A stretch of 36,657 bases of DNA from a virus. Lineage: Duplodnaviria > Caudoviricetes. Of this stretch, positions 1 to 8,109 are shown piece by piece (position 1 is the first letter of the stretch; each line of letters opens with the position of its first letter). Where the stretch lies: IMG/VR virus record IMGVR_UViG_3300043432_000216, positions 1 through 36,657 of that record, one strand, 5' to 3'. Under the pieces are notes generated by a model, which worked only from the letters and a program-made list of their open reading frames with translations, was not told the DNA's origin and made no database searches. A program made the position numbers and the translations under genes.

Positions 1-127
1 GGTCAAAGTGGCGAACCGCTATTACGAACCGACCGCCTTCCTGATGAGCGTCACGAACTCTGACATGCTCAGCAACTGGGATGGCTTCACCCGCGTCGGT
101 TTCCCGAATGCCCTACTCGATTCCGCG
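1..127. repeat. Terminal overlap, identical to 36531-36657 (circular assembly)
   Basis: First 127 nt (ggtcaaagtg...ttccgcg) match the last 127 nt exactly. The capsid ORF reads in frame through the join. Confidence 0.97.
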
Positions 128-373
128 GGCTTCGTGGGATCTGTCAAAGGTCTACCCGTATTTGCATCCACCCAGATGCGCGACGGCTGGGCTTTGGCTT
201 TGAACCGCGAGATCGTGATGCACCGCGTGCTGCAACCCATGACCGTCAAGGGTCCGTTCCCGACCTACGGCTCGAACCACAAGTTGATCGCCGCTGAGCA
301 GTATTACTCGGAAGAGTACAACGCTTCGCTTTCGCCGATCACGAACAAGGCTGCGCACGTAGTGATTGCGTAG
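2..373 (+). CDS. C-terminal part of the major capsid polyprotein (continues 34681-36657)
   Basis: Same frame and sequence (VKVANRYYEPTAF...) as the end of the 34681 ORF; stop TAG at 371-373. Confidence 0.9.
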   Translation, partial: VKVANRYYEPTAFLMSVTNSDMLSNWDGFTRVGFPNALLDSAGFVGSVKGLPVFASTQMRDGWALALNREIVMHRVLQPMTVKGPFPTYGSNHKLIAAEQYYSEEYNASLSPITNKAAHVVIA

Positions 374-419
374 ACCCCACCCCTAACCCCTCCCCAAATG
401 AATACATTTGGAGAGGGGA
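374..419 (+). repeat. REP-like hairpin, family A (CCCC...CAAAT/ATTTG...GGGG), right after the capsid stop
   Basis: Stem CCCCTCCCCAAATG (387-400) / CATTTGGAGAGGGG (405-418); near-identical copy at 1482-1528. Confidence 0.8.
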
Positions 420-495
420 AAAGCGGAAGTTTATTTGTGCTGAGATGAATCCTGCCTTGAGTGAGCAGGTATGCCCAGCAAAGGAGAAAAATCTA

Positions 496-1479
496 ATGGC
501 AACACCTGATGTGAATTTACGAACGGGCATGATCAATGCCGCAGCGCTTTCATCCAAAGTGAGCGCGCTGGTCAATATCCCGCGCGGACCCAACAGCAAT
601 ATCTTTGTGGTTGATCCGCAAGTGGGCGTGGATACGAACGCAGGCACTTCTTTCGAGAAGCCCCTGTTGACCCTGTTGGCAGCCTACAACAAATGCACCG
701 CCAATCAGAACGACATCGTTTTGCTGGTGGGTGGTCCCACTGCCAATGCGCTGGCGGCGTCACTCGATTGGGCAAAAGGCTACACCCACTTGATCGGGCT
801 TTCGGCGGATTTGCCGGGCGTCGGTCAACGCGCGCGGGTGACTGGTTCAGCCGCAGTTGACTTGACCTACCTGATCAATTTCAGCGGCGCAGGTTGTATC
901 GTGAAGAACGTCCAGTTCTTCAATGGCGGCGATGCCGATGCGGATGCTGGCGCGGTGATCGTGAGCGGCGGACGCAACTATTTCGAGAATTGTTTCTTCG
1001 CGGGCATGGGACATGCAACCCCAGCCGCACGCGCAGGCTCATACTCGCTCAAACTTACCGGCGATGAATGCACGTTCAAACGCTGCACCATCGGCTTGGC
1101 GACCATTGTCCGTTCGGCGGCGAATGCCGAGTTGTGGATGACCGGCGAATGCAACCGTGAGAAATTCATCGATTGCGAATTCGTGAGCTGGTCCAACACG
1201 GCGGCAAAAGTGCTGATCAACATGGACTCGTCCGCAGTGCCTTACACCACGCAGTTCGAGAATTGTTTGTTCAACAACTTCAAGAGCAATAACGGCGCGG
1301 CTGGCACGTCATTGAACAACGCGATCACAGACGGCGCAACCCCGTACCATCAGATCATCCTGCGCGGAAGCAATCCGCTCGTAGGTGTGACCGGGTATGC
1401 CGATGTTGTGACGTACATATTCAGTGCTGAGCCTGTGCCGAATGCAGGTTATGGCGTGAGTGTCAATCCGACCACCTAA
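496..1479 (+). CDS. Virion protein with pectin-lyase-like beta-helix features (head decoration/head fibre candidate)
   Basis: AAGGAG at 481-486 favours ATG 496. VVDP..G.DTNAGT..KPLLTL.AA start motif and repeated F.NC.F/FKRC rungs; lies directly after the capsid gene. Confidence 0.6.
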   Translation: MATPDVNLRTGMINAAALSSKVSALVNIPRGPNSNIFVVDPQVGVDTNAGTSFEKPLLTLLAAYNKCTANQNDIVLLVGGPTANALAASLDWAKGYTHLIGLSADLPGVGQRARVTGSAAVDLTYLINFSGAGCIVKNVQFFNGGDADADAGAVIVSGGRNYFENCFFAGMGHATPAARAGSYSLKLTGDECTFKRCTIGLATIVRSAANAELWMTGECNREKFIDCEFVSWSNTAAKVLINMDSSAVPYTTQFENCLFNNFKSNNGAAGTSLNNAITDGATPYHQIILRGSNPLVGVTGYADVVTYIFSAEPVPNAGYGVSVNPTT

Positions 1480-1481
1480 GA

Positions 1482-1528
1482 ACCCCCACCCTAGCCCTCC
1501 CCCAAATGAAACCATTTGGGGGAGGGGA
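1482..1528 (+). repeat. REP-like hairpin, family A
   Basis: Perfect stem CCCTCCCCCAAATG (1495-1508) / CATTTGGGGGAGGG (1513-1526). Confidence 0.8.
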
Positions 1529-1543
1529 CTTGGAGAATGAAAA

Positions 1544-1849
1544 ATGATACGTGTGAAATACATCGGACCGAGATCACGCATCTTGAATGGCAAGCATATA
1601 TTCATGAATGAGATCTGTGAAGTGAACGAACGCCAGGCACGCTTGCTGGAAGGCGATCCGTTCTTTGTGATTTTGGATGCGTTGGATAAGGTGGAAGAGC
1701 CTGTGATGCAACCGGCTTTGTTGAAGGTGCAGGTGGTGGATGACGAACCGCTTCAGGCTCAGCCGGAAGTTGTTTCTGAACCTGAGCAGGAAAACCCTGC
1801 CCCTACGTTGCCCACAAAGGTACGAAAACCACGGAGTAAGAAGAAATGA
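1544..1849 (+). CDS. Small head-associated hypothetical protein
   Basis: GGAG RBS; acidic/Pro-rich middle and basic tail; overlaps the next start (ATGA). Confidence 0.65.
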   Translation: MIRVKYIGPRSRILNGKHIFMNEICEVNERQARLLEGDPFFVILDALDKVEEPVMQPALLKVQVVDDEPLQAQPEVVSEPEQENPAPTLPTKVRKPRSKKK

Positions 1850-2484
1850 CCAAGGCTTTAGCGGATATGGTGACTGAGTTGCAGGAGGATGTGCCTGCGG
1901 TGGATGCGGTGCCGAGTGATGCGCAGTATGAACGCGCGATCAAGGATGCGGTGGCTGAATTTTCGCGTCTGTGTGGTCTGGTGAAAAATACCACGCTCAG
2001 CATTGTATCCGGCACGGCGACCTATGCCCTGCCCGCTGATTTTTTGAAGCTGATCGAAATTGAAAATCCGTATGACTCGGAGCAGGGCGTGCTCGTTACG
2101 GCGACCGGCATTATCCCCTTCGGAGGGTTGACCCCGTTCGAGGAAGAGATCACGATCCGCAATGGCGTGCTGACGATCTACCCAACCCCGGCGTACACCA
2201 TGACACGCTATCTCGAATATAAAGCCGCGTGGGTGTTGGACGAATCGGACGAGTATCCACTGACGGACGATGAAGTGGAGATCGTGATGTTGAAGGCGAA
2301 GGAGAAGGCGTTCGAGAAGTTATTCAATGCCAACACCGGCACGGGCGGCATCAAATATTCGATCGGCAATATGTCGGTGGATAAGACCGGCGCAAGCGAT
2401 GGTTATTCCAAACGCATGTATGCGCTGCATGGTGAATTTGCAAAAGCGTGTGAAGACTATAACGGATCGGTGCAATTATGTTGA
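1846..2484 (+). CDS. Putative head-tail adaptor protein
   Basis: SG.ATYALPADF and LTIYPTP motifs typical of phage adaptor proteins; position in the head module. Confidence 0.55.
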   Translation: MTKALADMVTELQEDVPAVDAVPSDAQYERAIKDAVAEFSRLCGLVKNTTLSIVSGTATYALPADFLKLIEIENPYDSEQGVLVTATGIIPFGGLTPFEEEITIRNGVLTIYPTPAYTMTRYLEYKAAWVLDESDEYPLTDDEVEIVMLKAKEKAFEKLFNANTGTGGIKYSIGNMSVDKTGASDGYSKRMYALHGEFAKACEDYNGSVQLC

Positions 2485-2798
2485 GTGCAGGCGATTGGCA
2501 ATTGATGCGTGACCTGGCGGCACAAGTCCGCTCGGACCGTTCGCAGGATGTGGAGCTGCGACGCGGTGACACCACGCTTGATCCGCAAGAGATGCGCATC
2601 GAGGCGGTGGGACGTGGATCACGTTTGCAGAGTGATGCCGCGCGCGAATCAAAGACAGCAGTCGTGATCTTTGGTGATATCGATCTGGATATTGCCGTGG
2701 ATGATCGTTTCACTTTGGAAGAGATGTTGTTTCAAGTGGTATTCGTTAGCGTGAACCGTGATATCGATACGCAGGCAGAAGCGGTGGCGGTGCGGTGA
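2478..2798 (+). CDS. Putative head-closure/stopper protein
   Basis: 106 aa, beta-rich, DI..DDRF motif; follows the adaptor. Confidence 0.5.
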   Translation: MLSAGDWQLMRDLAAQVRSDRSQDVELRRGDTTLDPQEMRIEAVGRGSRLQSDAARESKTAVVIFGDIDLDIAVDDRFTLEEMLFQVVFVSVNRDIDTQAEAVAVR

Positions 2799-2825
2799 TG
2801 AATGCTGAATGCGAAATGATGAATA

Positions 2826-3059
2826 ATGAATGAAATACAAGACACAACGATAGAAGATAAATTGGCAAGAAAATGGTTCATCCGAAGTGCAAAAGGACAA
2901 CATGGATATGTTGCCTGGAGCAAATTGACACTATGTATTGCGGATGATCCGATTCGAGAAAAAGGAAATGTATGGTTTCAAATTAAAAAAACAAGAGATG
3001 AAGCTATTCAAAAGATAAAGCAAGAACTCAATTCTGAATTATGGTGTAATGATGAATAG
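2826..3059 (+). CDS. AT-rich hypothetical protein (moron-like insertion)
   Basis: Visibly lower GC than its neighbours; flanked by the direct repeat AATGATGAATA (2815-2825, 3048-3058). Confidence 0.6.
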   Translation: MNEIQDTTIEDKLARKWFIRSAKGQHGYVAWSKLTLCIADDPIREKGNVWFQIKKTRDEAIQKIKQELNSELWCNDE

Positions 3060-3498
3060 CGGATTTACGTGGGTTGTTTCTCCAAATGTGATTGCGGACG
3101 GGCTTGAGCGGTATGGCGAGCGGGCGCTGGTGGCTGTTCAGGCTGTAGGAAATTATTGGGGACAACAAATTCAGGATGATGCTCGCAAGCGTGTGGACTC
3201 TGAACATCTATGGGTCAATCGGACTGGCAATGCGCGCGGTGGTTTATTTTTTGCGGTAGATGGTTTTGGTTTGGAGCCTTTAGTTGGAGAAGTTGAGCCG
3301 GATGCCAAGGCTGAGATGAGTGATATTGCTATTGAAAGCGGCGATGCAAATACTTTGATCATCACGCTGGCACATACTGTTTATTATGGCAAGTTTTTGG
3401 AATTATCAAATGGCGGCACTCATGCCGTGATCATGTCAACAATGGAAAAAAATTTACCCAGCTTGGAACGATTGCTTCAAGCACAGTTTCAAGGATAA
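3049..3498 (+). CDS. HK97-gp10-like neck/tail-completion protein
   Basis: W.NRTGNAR.GL and LAH.V.YG.FLE motifs. Confidence 0.65.
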   Translation: MMNSGFTWVVSPNVIADGLERYGERALVAVQAVGNYWGQQIQDDARKRVDSEHLWVNRTGNARGGLFFAVDGFGLEPLVGEVEPDAKAEMSDIAIESGDANTLIITLAHTVYYGKFLELSNGGTHAVIMSTMEKNLPSLERLLQAQFQG

Positions 3499-3508
3499 AG
3501 GCTAAACA

Positions 3509-4777
3509 ATGCCTACACTAACACAAAGAATCAATGCGTTTTTCAACCCGGCGATCCCTGATGAAGGGGAGACTTCGATGGCGGCGGCGATCCCGGCGGA
3601 TGGCGTGTGGGATAAGCTGAAGGCAGACCGGGAACGGCTGGCGGTGATGAAGACGTGCCGTGAGATGTATGACACGGATAGCCGCGTGGAGAAGGCACAT
3701 CGGTTCTATGCGCGCGATATTGTGCGGGCAGGTTTTATCGTGAAGACCAAGGATCTCGAAGCGAAGCAGGTTGCGGATGCGTTGCAGAAGCGGCTGGATC
3801 TCAATCAAATTTTGGAAGATGCAGTGCGGCTCACGTCCAGGGATGGGGATTCGTTCTATGAAGTGGTCGTGAATGATCTGATGGAAGTATCGGATTTTTC
3901 GCGCAAGCCCACGATGCAGGTACGGCGCAACAGCAATTCAGCGGATGAGTTCAACGATCCGCTGAAGGCGTTTTGGATGAGCGGCAGCCCGTGGTATAGC
4001 GGGGAACCGCCTGCGGATGCGATCTGGTTTGCGGAGTGGCAGATGATCCAGGCGCGTTGGAAGTTTGACGGTGAATCGAGATACGGCAAGCCGATGTTCA
4101 GCGCATCCACGGCGGCATGGAAGCGCGTGGTGGATGGCGAGTTGAATGTGGCAGTGCGGCGCAAGATGGGCGGGGCGCAATTGCGGCAGCATATCGTGGA
4201 AGGTTCGGCGGCGGATGTAGAAGCCTATAAGGAAAATAATAAGGCGGCATTTGGGAAGTTGGTTGCGGTGACGGACCTATTCACGAATAAGCCAGGCTCG
4301 CTGAATGTGCATCAGGGCGATGGGAACATCGATAAGATCGGGGATGTGAATCACCATGTTGCCACGATGATGGCTTCGAGCGATGTGCCGATGGAGTTGT
4401 TGGTGTTCGGCGAAGGCTTGAATCGCGATATTTTGGGCGAGAAAAAAGAAGAGTATGAGGAGACGTTATCGCAGGGGCGCGAATGGTTGACCGCGCAAGT
4501 GATCAAGCCGCTGTTGGAACGTCAATGGTTGTTGAAGGGCATTTTACCGGCGGGCATCAATTATGAAATTATCTGGCGGACTGCGAAGCCGTTGACACCT
4601 GCGGACCTGCGCGATCTGGCTGATGGTCTGGCACGCTTGCGGGTTTTGGGTGTGAAGGAAGAAGTCATCCAATCGATCGCGGCGATGTATTTGAAGAATG
4701 TGGATGCGGAGTTTATGAGCGGTGACGGTTTCAGCGCGGAGCAGTTTGCGAAGAGTCTGCAAGGGATCAGTATTTAG
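3509..4777 (+). CDS. Portal protein (T4 gp20-like)
   Basis: 422 aa; REM...D, RDGD.F.E, YGKPM...A...WKR, NIDKIGDV.H.....DVP segments recall gp20-type portals. Confidence 0.7.
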   Translation: MPTLTQRINAFFNPAIPDEGETSMAAAIPADGVWDKLKADRERLAVMKTCREMYDTDSRVEKAHRFYARDIVRAGFIVKTKDLEAKQVADALQKRLDLNQILEDAVRLTSRDGDSFYEVVVNDLMEVSDFSRKPTMQVRRNSNSADEFNDPLKAFWMSGSPWYSGEPPADAIWFAEWQMIQARWKFDGESRYGKPMFSASTAAWKRVVDGELNVAVRRKMGGAQLRQHIVEGSAADVEAYKENNKAAFGKLVAVTDLFTNKPGSLNVHQGDGNIDKIGDVNHHVATMMASSDVPMELLVFGEGLNRDILGEKKEEYEETLSQGREWLTAQVIKPLLERQWLLKGILPAGINYEIIWRTAKPLTPADLRDLADGLARLRVLGVKEEVIQSIAAMYLKNVDAEFMSGDGFSAEQFAKSLQGISI

Positions 4778-4797
4778 AGAGTAGAGAATAGAGAGTA

Positions 4798-6000
4798 GTG
4801 ATGAGTGTGATGTTGAAGCCGATTGAGTTGAACGAGAAATCCAAGAGTGCGGAGTTGATCGCGCAGTTGGATAAGATCCCGCTGGGGCGGATGTATAACG
4901 CTTCGTTCAAGGCGGTGGTGCGGTTGCATTTGTTTTTCACAGGTAGAACACACGAGCTATTTTCACAATTCACGAAAGAGGCGAAGGCGATCATCATGGA
5001 CCAGGCGGGGAAGGACCAGGAGCTGGATGGGTCGAGTGGTTTCGCGGCGCAGAATGAGATATTGAAGATATGGGGGGATGTGTTCAAGACGTGGAGTGAT
5101 GAGTTTCAGAAGGTGCGGGTGGAGGCGGCGAGTATTCCGTTTGGGGTGCTGGCGGTGGTGCATGAGAGGATGATCGTGCCAATGCTGAATGATGAAGGCA
5201 GAATGAAGAATGAGATGCTTCGCTCCGCTCAGCATGACATAACTGAGGCAGTTCAAGACGGTGTATTCAGCCCGCAGCTTTCGGTGTTGTTGAACGCGGC
5301 GGGCGAGTGGTTGTATGGTGATAGTTTGAATCTGTCCGCGCGGGTGTGGAACATTGACCGCGAGGCGCGGGATGCGATGAACGTGGTGTTGATGAAGGGC
5401 ATTGCGAATCAGGATTCGGCTTGGAATATTGCGCAGGAGTTGGAGCAATTTTTGGGCGCGAACCAGGATTGTCCGCGATGGACTTCGACGAGGCTGTATG
5501 GCAAAACAAAAGGCGAGATCGCTTCAGGCGATACGGGGGGGCTGGTCTCAGCGCCGTGTGATGGGCGCGGCGTGGCATACAATGCGCTGCGTTTGGCGCG
5601 GACTGAAATCCAGAAAGCCCATGCCCTGGCAACGGATAAGGTCCTCGCCGCGCAGCCGTGGGTCAAACAGGAACAGATCCATTTGAGTGCGGCGCATCCT
5701 GAAACCGATATCTGTGATGAGACGGTGCAAGCGGGCGTCAACGGCGAAGGGATTTACGATGTGGGCATGATCGAATTGCCCTTGCATCCGAATTGTCTGT
5801 GCTATAAGACCGCGGTGCTGATGGATGAAGCCACGTTCACAGCTTCGTTGAAAGGCTGGATGGATGGAAGTCAGCCGTGGAGTGAGATGGATGCGTATGA
5901 GCAGATGATCGGCGGCGATGTGAATAAATCCATTATGCCGAATGCGATCAATCTGGCGGTGTGGTTGTTCGGTGACAATTTGGAGAAGTGGCTCAAGTGA
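4798..6000 (+). CDS. Minor head morphogenesis protein (Mu gpF/SPP1 gp7-like)
   Basis: RLARTE...A, DICD and LHPNCLC motifs; follows the portal. Confidence 0.8.
   Translation: MMSVMLKPIELNEKSKSAELIAQLDKIPLGRMYNASFKAVVRLHLFFTGRTHELFSQFTKEAKAIIMDQAGKDQELDGSSGFAAQNEILKIWGDVFKTWSDEFQKVRVEAASIPFGVLAVVHERMIVPMLNDEGRMKNEMLRSAQHDITEAVQDGVFSPQLSVLLNAAGEWLYGDSLNLSARVWNIDREARDAMNVVLMKGIANQDSAWNIAQELEQFLGANQDCPRWTSTRLYGKTKGEIASGDTGGLVSAPCDGRGVAYNALRLARTEIQKAHALATDKVLAAQPWVKQEQIHLSAAHPETDICDETVQAGVNGEGIYDVGMIELPLHPNCLCYKTAVLMDEATFTASLKGWMDGSQPWSEMDAYEQMIGGDVNKSIMPNAINLAVWLFGDNLEKWLK
5212..5239 (-). repeat. REP-like element TGTCATGCTGAGCGGAGCGAAGCATCTC inside a CDS
   Basis: Resembles GTCA-type REP repeats; preceded by heptamer units at 5182-5211; translated in frame as EMLRSAQHD. 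Confidence 0.55.
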
Positions 6001-6002
6001 AA

Positions 6003-6030
6003 ATGATGAATGATGAATGCGGAATGATGA
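6003..6030 (+). repeat. Heptamer tandem repeat (ATGATGA-type)
   Basis: ATGATGA ATGATGA ATGCGGA ATGATGA. Related arrays at about 2796-2835, 5182-5213, 7352-7380, 10217-10244 and 29093-29120. Confidence 0.8.
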
Positions 6031-6040
6031 AGGCAAAAGA

Positions 6041-6460
6041 ATGAGTCTTTCGGATGAAGTAAAAACCGCGCTTGAAAATAATGGCACGCTGATGGCGTTG
6101 TTGACCGGGGGGTTGCATAACAACGTGGAAGAGATCTCGCGCCAGAATACGCCGGGTGCGTTCGATAGCACTACGAAGGAGATCATGCCGTGTGCGTTGA
6201 TCAAGTATGGGACGGATACGCGGCTGAAAAGCGGACTAGCGAACTCGGTCAATTCCCCGTTGACGATTTATTTTTACCAACGCCAGGGGTATGCCGTGAT
6301 CGAAGCGGCGATGGATTTGGTCTTTACGCTGATGTCTGAAAATAAGATCGGGACCAGCGTTTGGAATATTGAGTTCGATATTGCAGTGAATCAACAGCGA
6401 GATACAGCATTGGATTGTGCGCTCGGCTCGCTTAGATTCGTCGCCAAGAGGCGGCGATAA
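6041..6460 (+). CDS. Putative tail terminator protein
   Basis: About 139 aa, immediately upstream of the tail tube gene; L...L..N..L.ALL.GG N-terminus. Confidence 0.55.
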   Translation: MSLSDEVKTALENNGTLMALLTGGLHNNVEEISRQNTPGAFDSTTKEIMPCALIKYGTDTRLKSGLANSVNSPLTIYFYQRQGYAVIEAAMDLVFTLMSENKIGTSVWNIEFDIAVNQQRDTALDCALGSLRFVAKRRR

Positions 6461-6501
6461 TCGCCAAACGGCGACGATAAATTTAGAAAAGGAGAAACAA
6501 A

Positions 6502-7347
6502 ATGGCATTAGATACCAATCCAACACCCTACGGGCTGAGCGACATCAAATTGACTTCCATCGATGGTGTAACTCAGGTGGACCTGCCTGCCGCAACGAAG
6601 CTGACCTTCAAGGAACGCATCAAATCGGCGGAAGGTGTGGGCGATGATAAGTTGTCCACGGTTGTGGCTGTACGCGAGGGCGTCGAATGGGAACTGGAAG
6701 CAACCGGTCTCCCGCTTGAGGCGCTGGCATTGATGTACGGCACCACCACAACCACAACCGGCATCACGCCGGATCAAGTGAAGACGCTCGTCCATGCGGG
6801 CGCAGTCCGCTTGCCGTATTTCAAGATCTACGGCAAGAGCCTGGGCGACGGTGATGATGACATCCATTGCATCATCTGGAAAGCCAAAGTCACCGAAGGA
6901 CTCGATGCACCGCTGGCATACGGCGAATTGCAGAAGGCAACCATCAAGGGACTGGCGATCGATGACGGTTCAAACGGGATCTTTGAATGGGTCCAGAACG
7001 AGACCGCCTCTGCCCTACCCGGAGCGACTGGCAGCCCGTCCGCGATCACATGCACGCCGGTACCTGCGGACGCCGCCACTGGCATTGACATCACCGCTGA
7101 CATCACACTGACGTTCAACAACGCACTGGCAGCAGGCGCGGAGAATGGCATCGTGCTCGTCCGTGCGGATACCGCTGCGGCAATTACCGTGGTGCGCACG
7201 ATCAGCGGCAGCCGCAAGGTGGTGACGTTGAACCCGTCCTCCAGCCTCACGGCGAACAAGCAGTATTTGATCATCGTTCCAGGCGTGACCGATATCTATG
7301 GTCAGGCTTTCGCGAACACCGTGTACGATTTCACCACGGCACCATAG
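6502..7347 (+). CDS. Major tail (tube) protein with C-terminal Ig-like domain
   Basis: Strong AAGGAG RBS; YGLSDIKL start. C-terminal P.DAATG......ITLTFN...VTLNP...L.....Y...DIYGQ.....FTT is an SbsA/Big_5-type Ig domain. Confidence 0.8.
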   Translation: MALDTNPTPYGLSDIKLTSIDGVTQVDLPAATKLTFKERIKSAEGVGDDKLSTVVAVREGVEWELEATGLPLEALALMYGTTTTTTGITPDQVKTLVHAGAVRLPYFKIYGKSLGDGDDDIHCIIWKAKVTEGLDAPLAYGELQKATIKGLAIDDGSNGIFEWVQNETASALPGATGSPSAITCTPVPADAATGIDITADITLTFNNALAAGAENGIVLVRADTAAAITVVRTISGSRKVVTLNPSSSLTANKQYLIIVPGVTDIYGQAFANTVYDFTTAP

Positions 7348-7362
7348 AACAATGATGAATGA

Positions 7363-7397
7363 TGAAGGGAGAAGGATGAATAATCCTTCTCCCTTCA
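7363..7397 (+). other. Perfect 15-bp stem-loop after the tail tube gene
   Basis: TGAAGGGAGAAGGAT / ATCCTTCTCCCTTCA with loop GAATA; no U-tract; abuts the next RBS. Confidence 0.75.
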
Positions 7398-7406
7398 GGA
7401 GAAATT

Positions 7407-7850
7407 ATGTCAAAGCAATTATTAAGTTTGAAGCAATCGGCGCAAGATAAGCGCGTGAATTTGGCGGAGTGGCGGGCAAGGCGGTTGCAGGAATTGGATT
7501 TGCCAAGCGGTTTGCATGTGAAGGTGCGGGATGTGTCGTTGACCGATCTGGCGTTGACGGGGCGCATCCCGAATACGTTGATGGATGTGATCGCGCAGGC
7601 GAACGGCGACGAAGCCAAGACGCAGGCAGCCGTGATGGATAACGCGGCGGAATTTGGGAAGATGCTGGATGTGATGACGAAGGCATGTTTGGTCGAACCC
7701 GCCATCGGCGATGTGGCAGACGCGGAGCATATCCTGTTGGAAGAAATTCCAAGCGAAGATAAGTTATTTTTGTTCAATCATTTGAATCGGGAGGCTGAGC
7801 AGATGCGCTCCTTTCGCGAAGGAGAAGCAGAACCTGCTCAGGTTGCATAA
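7407..7850 (+). CDS. Tail assembly chaperone (G)
   Basis: Lies between the tube and tape-measure genes; ELDLPSG..VKVR and ACLVEP motifs. Confidence 0.7.
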   Translation: MSKQLLSLKQSAQDKRVNLAEWRARRLQELDLPSGLHVKVRDVSLTDLALTGRIPNTLMDVIAQANGDEAKTQAAVMDNAAEFGKMLDVMTKACLVEPAIGDVADAEHILLEEIPSEDKLFLFNHLNREAEQMRSFREGEAEPAQVA

Positions 7851-8109
7851 CCAGGCGGAAGCCTACGGCAAGTTACCCAGTGAGATCATGGGACTTGAAT
7901 CCCCGTGGGGCGCGTGGCAGTTTAATGAGATCACGCTGATGGTGGGGCGGCGGGTCGAGAATAATTTGAATAAAGGCAAAGAGGCGTTCGATGGATTGGG
8001 TGATCAGCGGTCAGCGGTGAGCGGTCAACCAAGGCAATATCGAAGCGCAAAAAACAAAGTAACGAAGCGGATGAAGATCCCTGAGAATGGCATATGGCGA
8101 TCCAATTAG
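7813..8109 (+). CDS. Tail assembly chaperone extension (GT), probably reached by +1 frameshift
   Basis: The +1 frame is open from TCC_TTT_CGC (7809-7817) to 8109 (FAKEKQNLLRLHNQAEAYGKLPSE...). No clear RBS for the TTG at 7843. Confidence 0.55.
   Translation, partial: FAKEKQNLLRLHNQAEAYGKLPSEIMGLESPWGAWQFNEITLMVGRRVENNLNKGKEAFDGLGDQRSAVSGQPRQYRSAKNKVTKRMKIPENGIWRSN

Noticed and set aside
1-127. Biological direct terminal repeat
   Set aside because: It is exactly 127 nt (a common assembly k-mer) and lies in the middle of the capsid gene, so circular assembly overlap is the better explanation.
445-495. Longer ORF-track starts (445; likewise 6017, 16018, 18792, 29658)
   Set aside because: Downstream ATGs (496, 6041, 16051, 18840, 29889) have better RBSs or coupling, and the extensions run through repeats, intergenic DNA or upstream genes.
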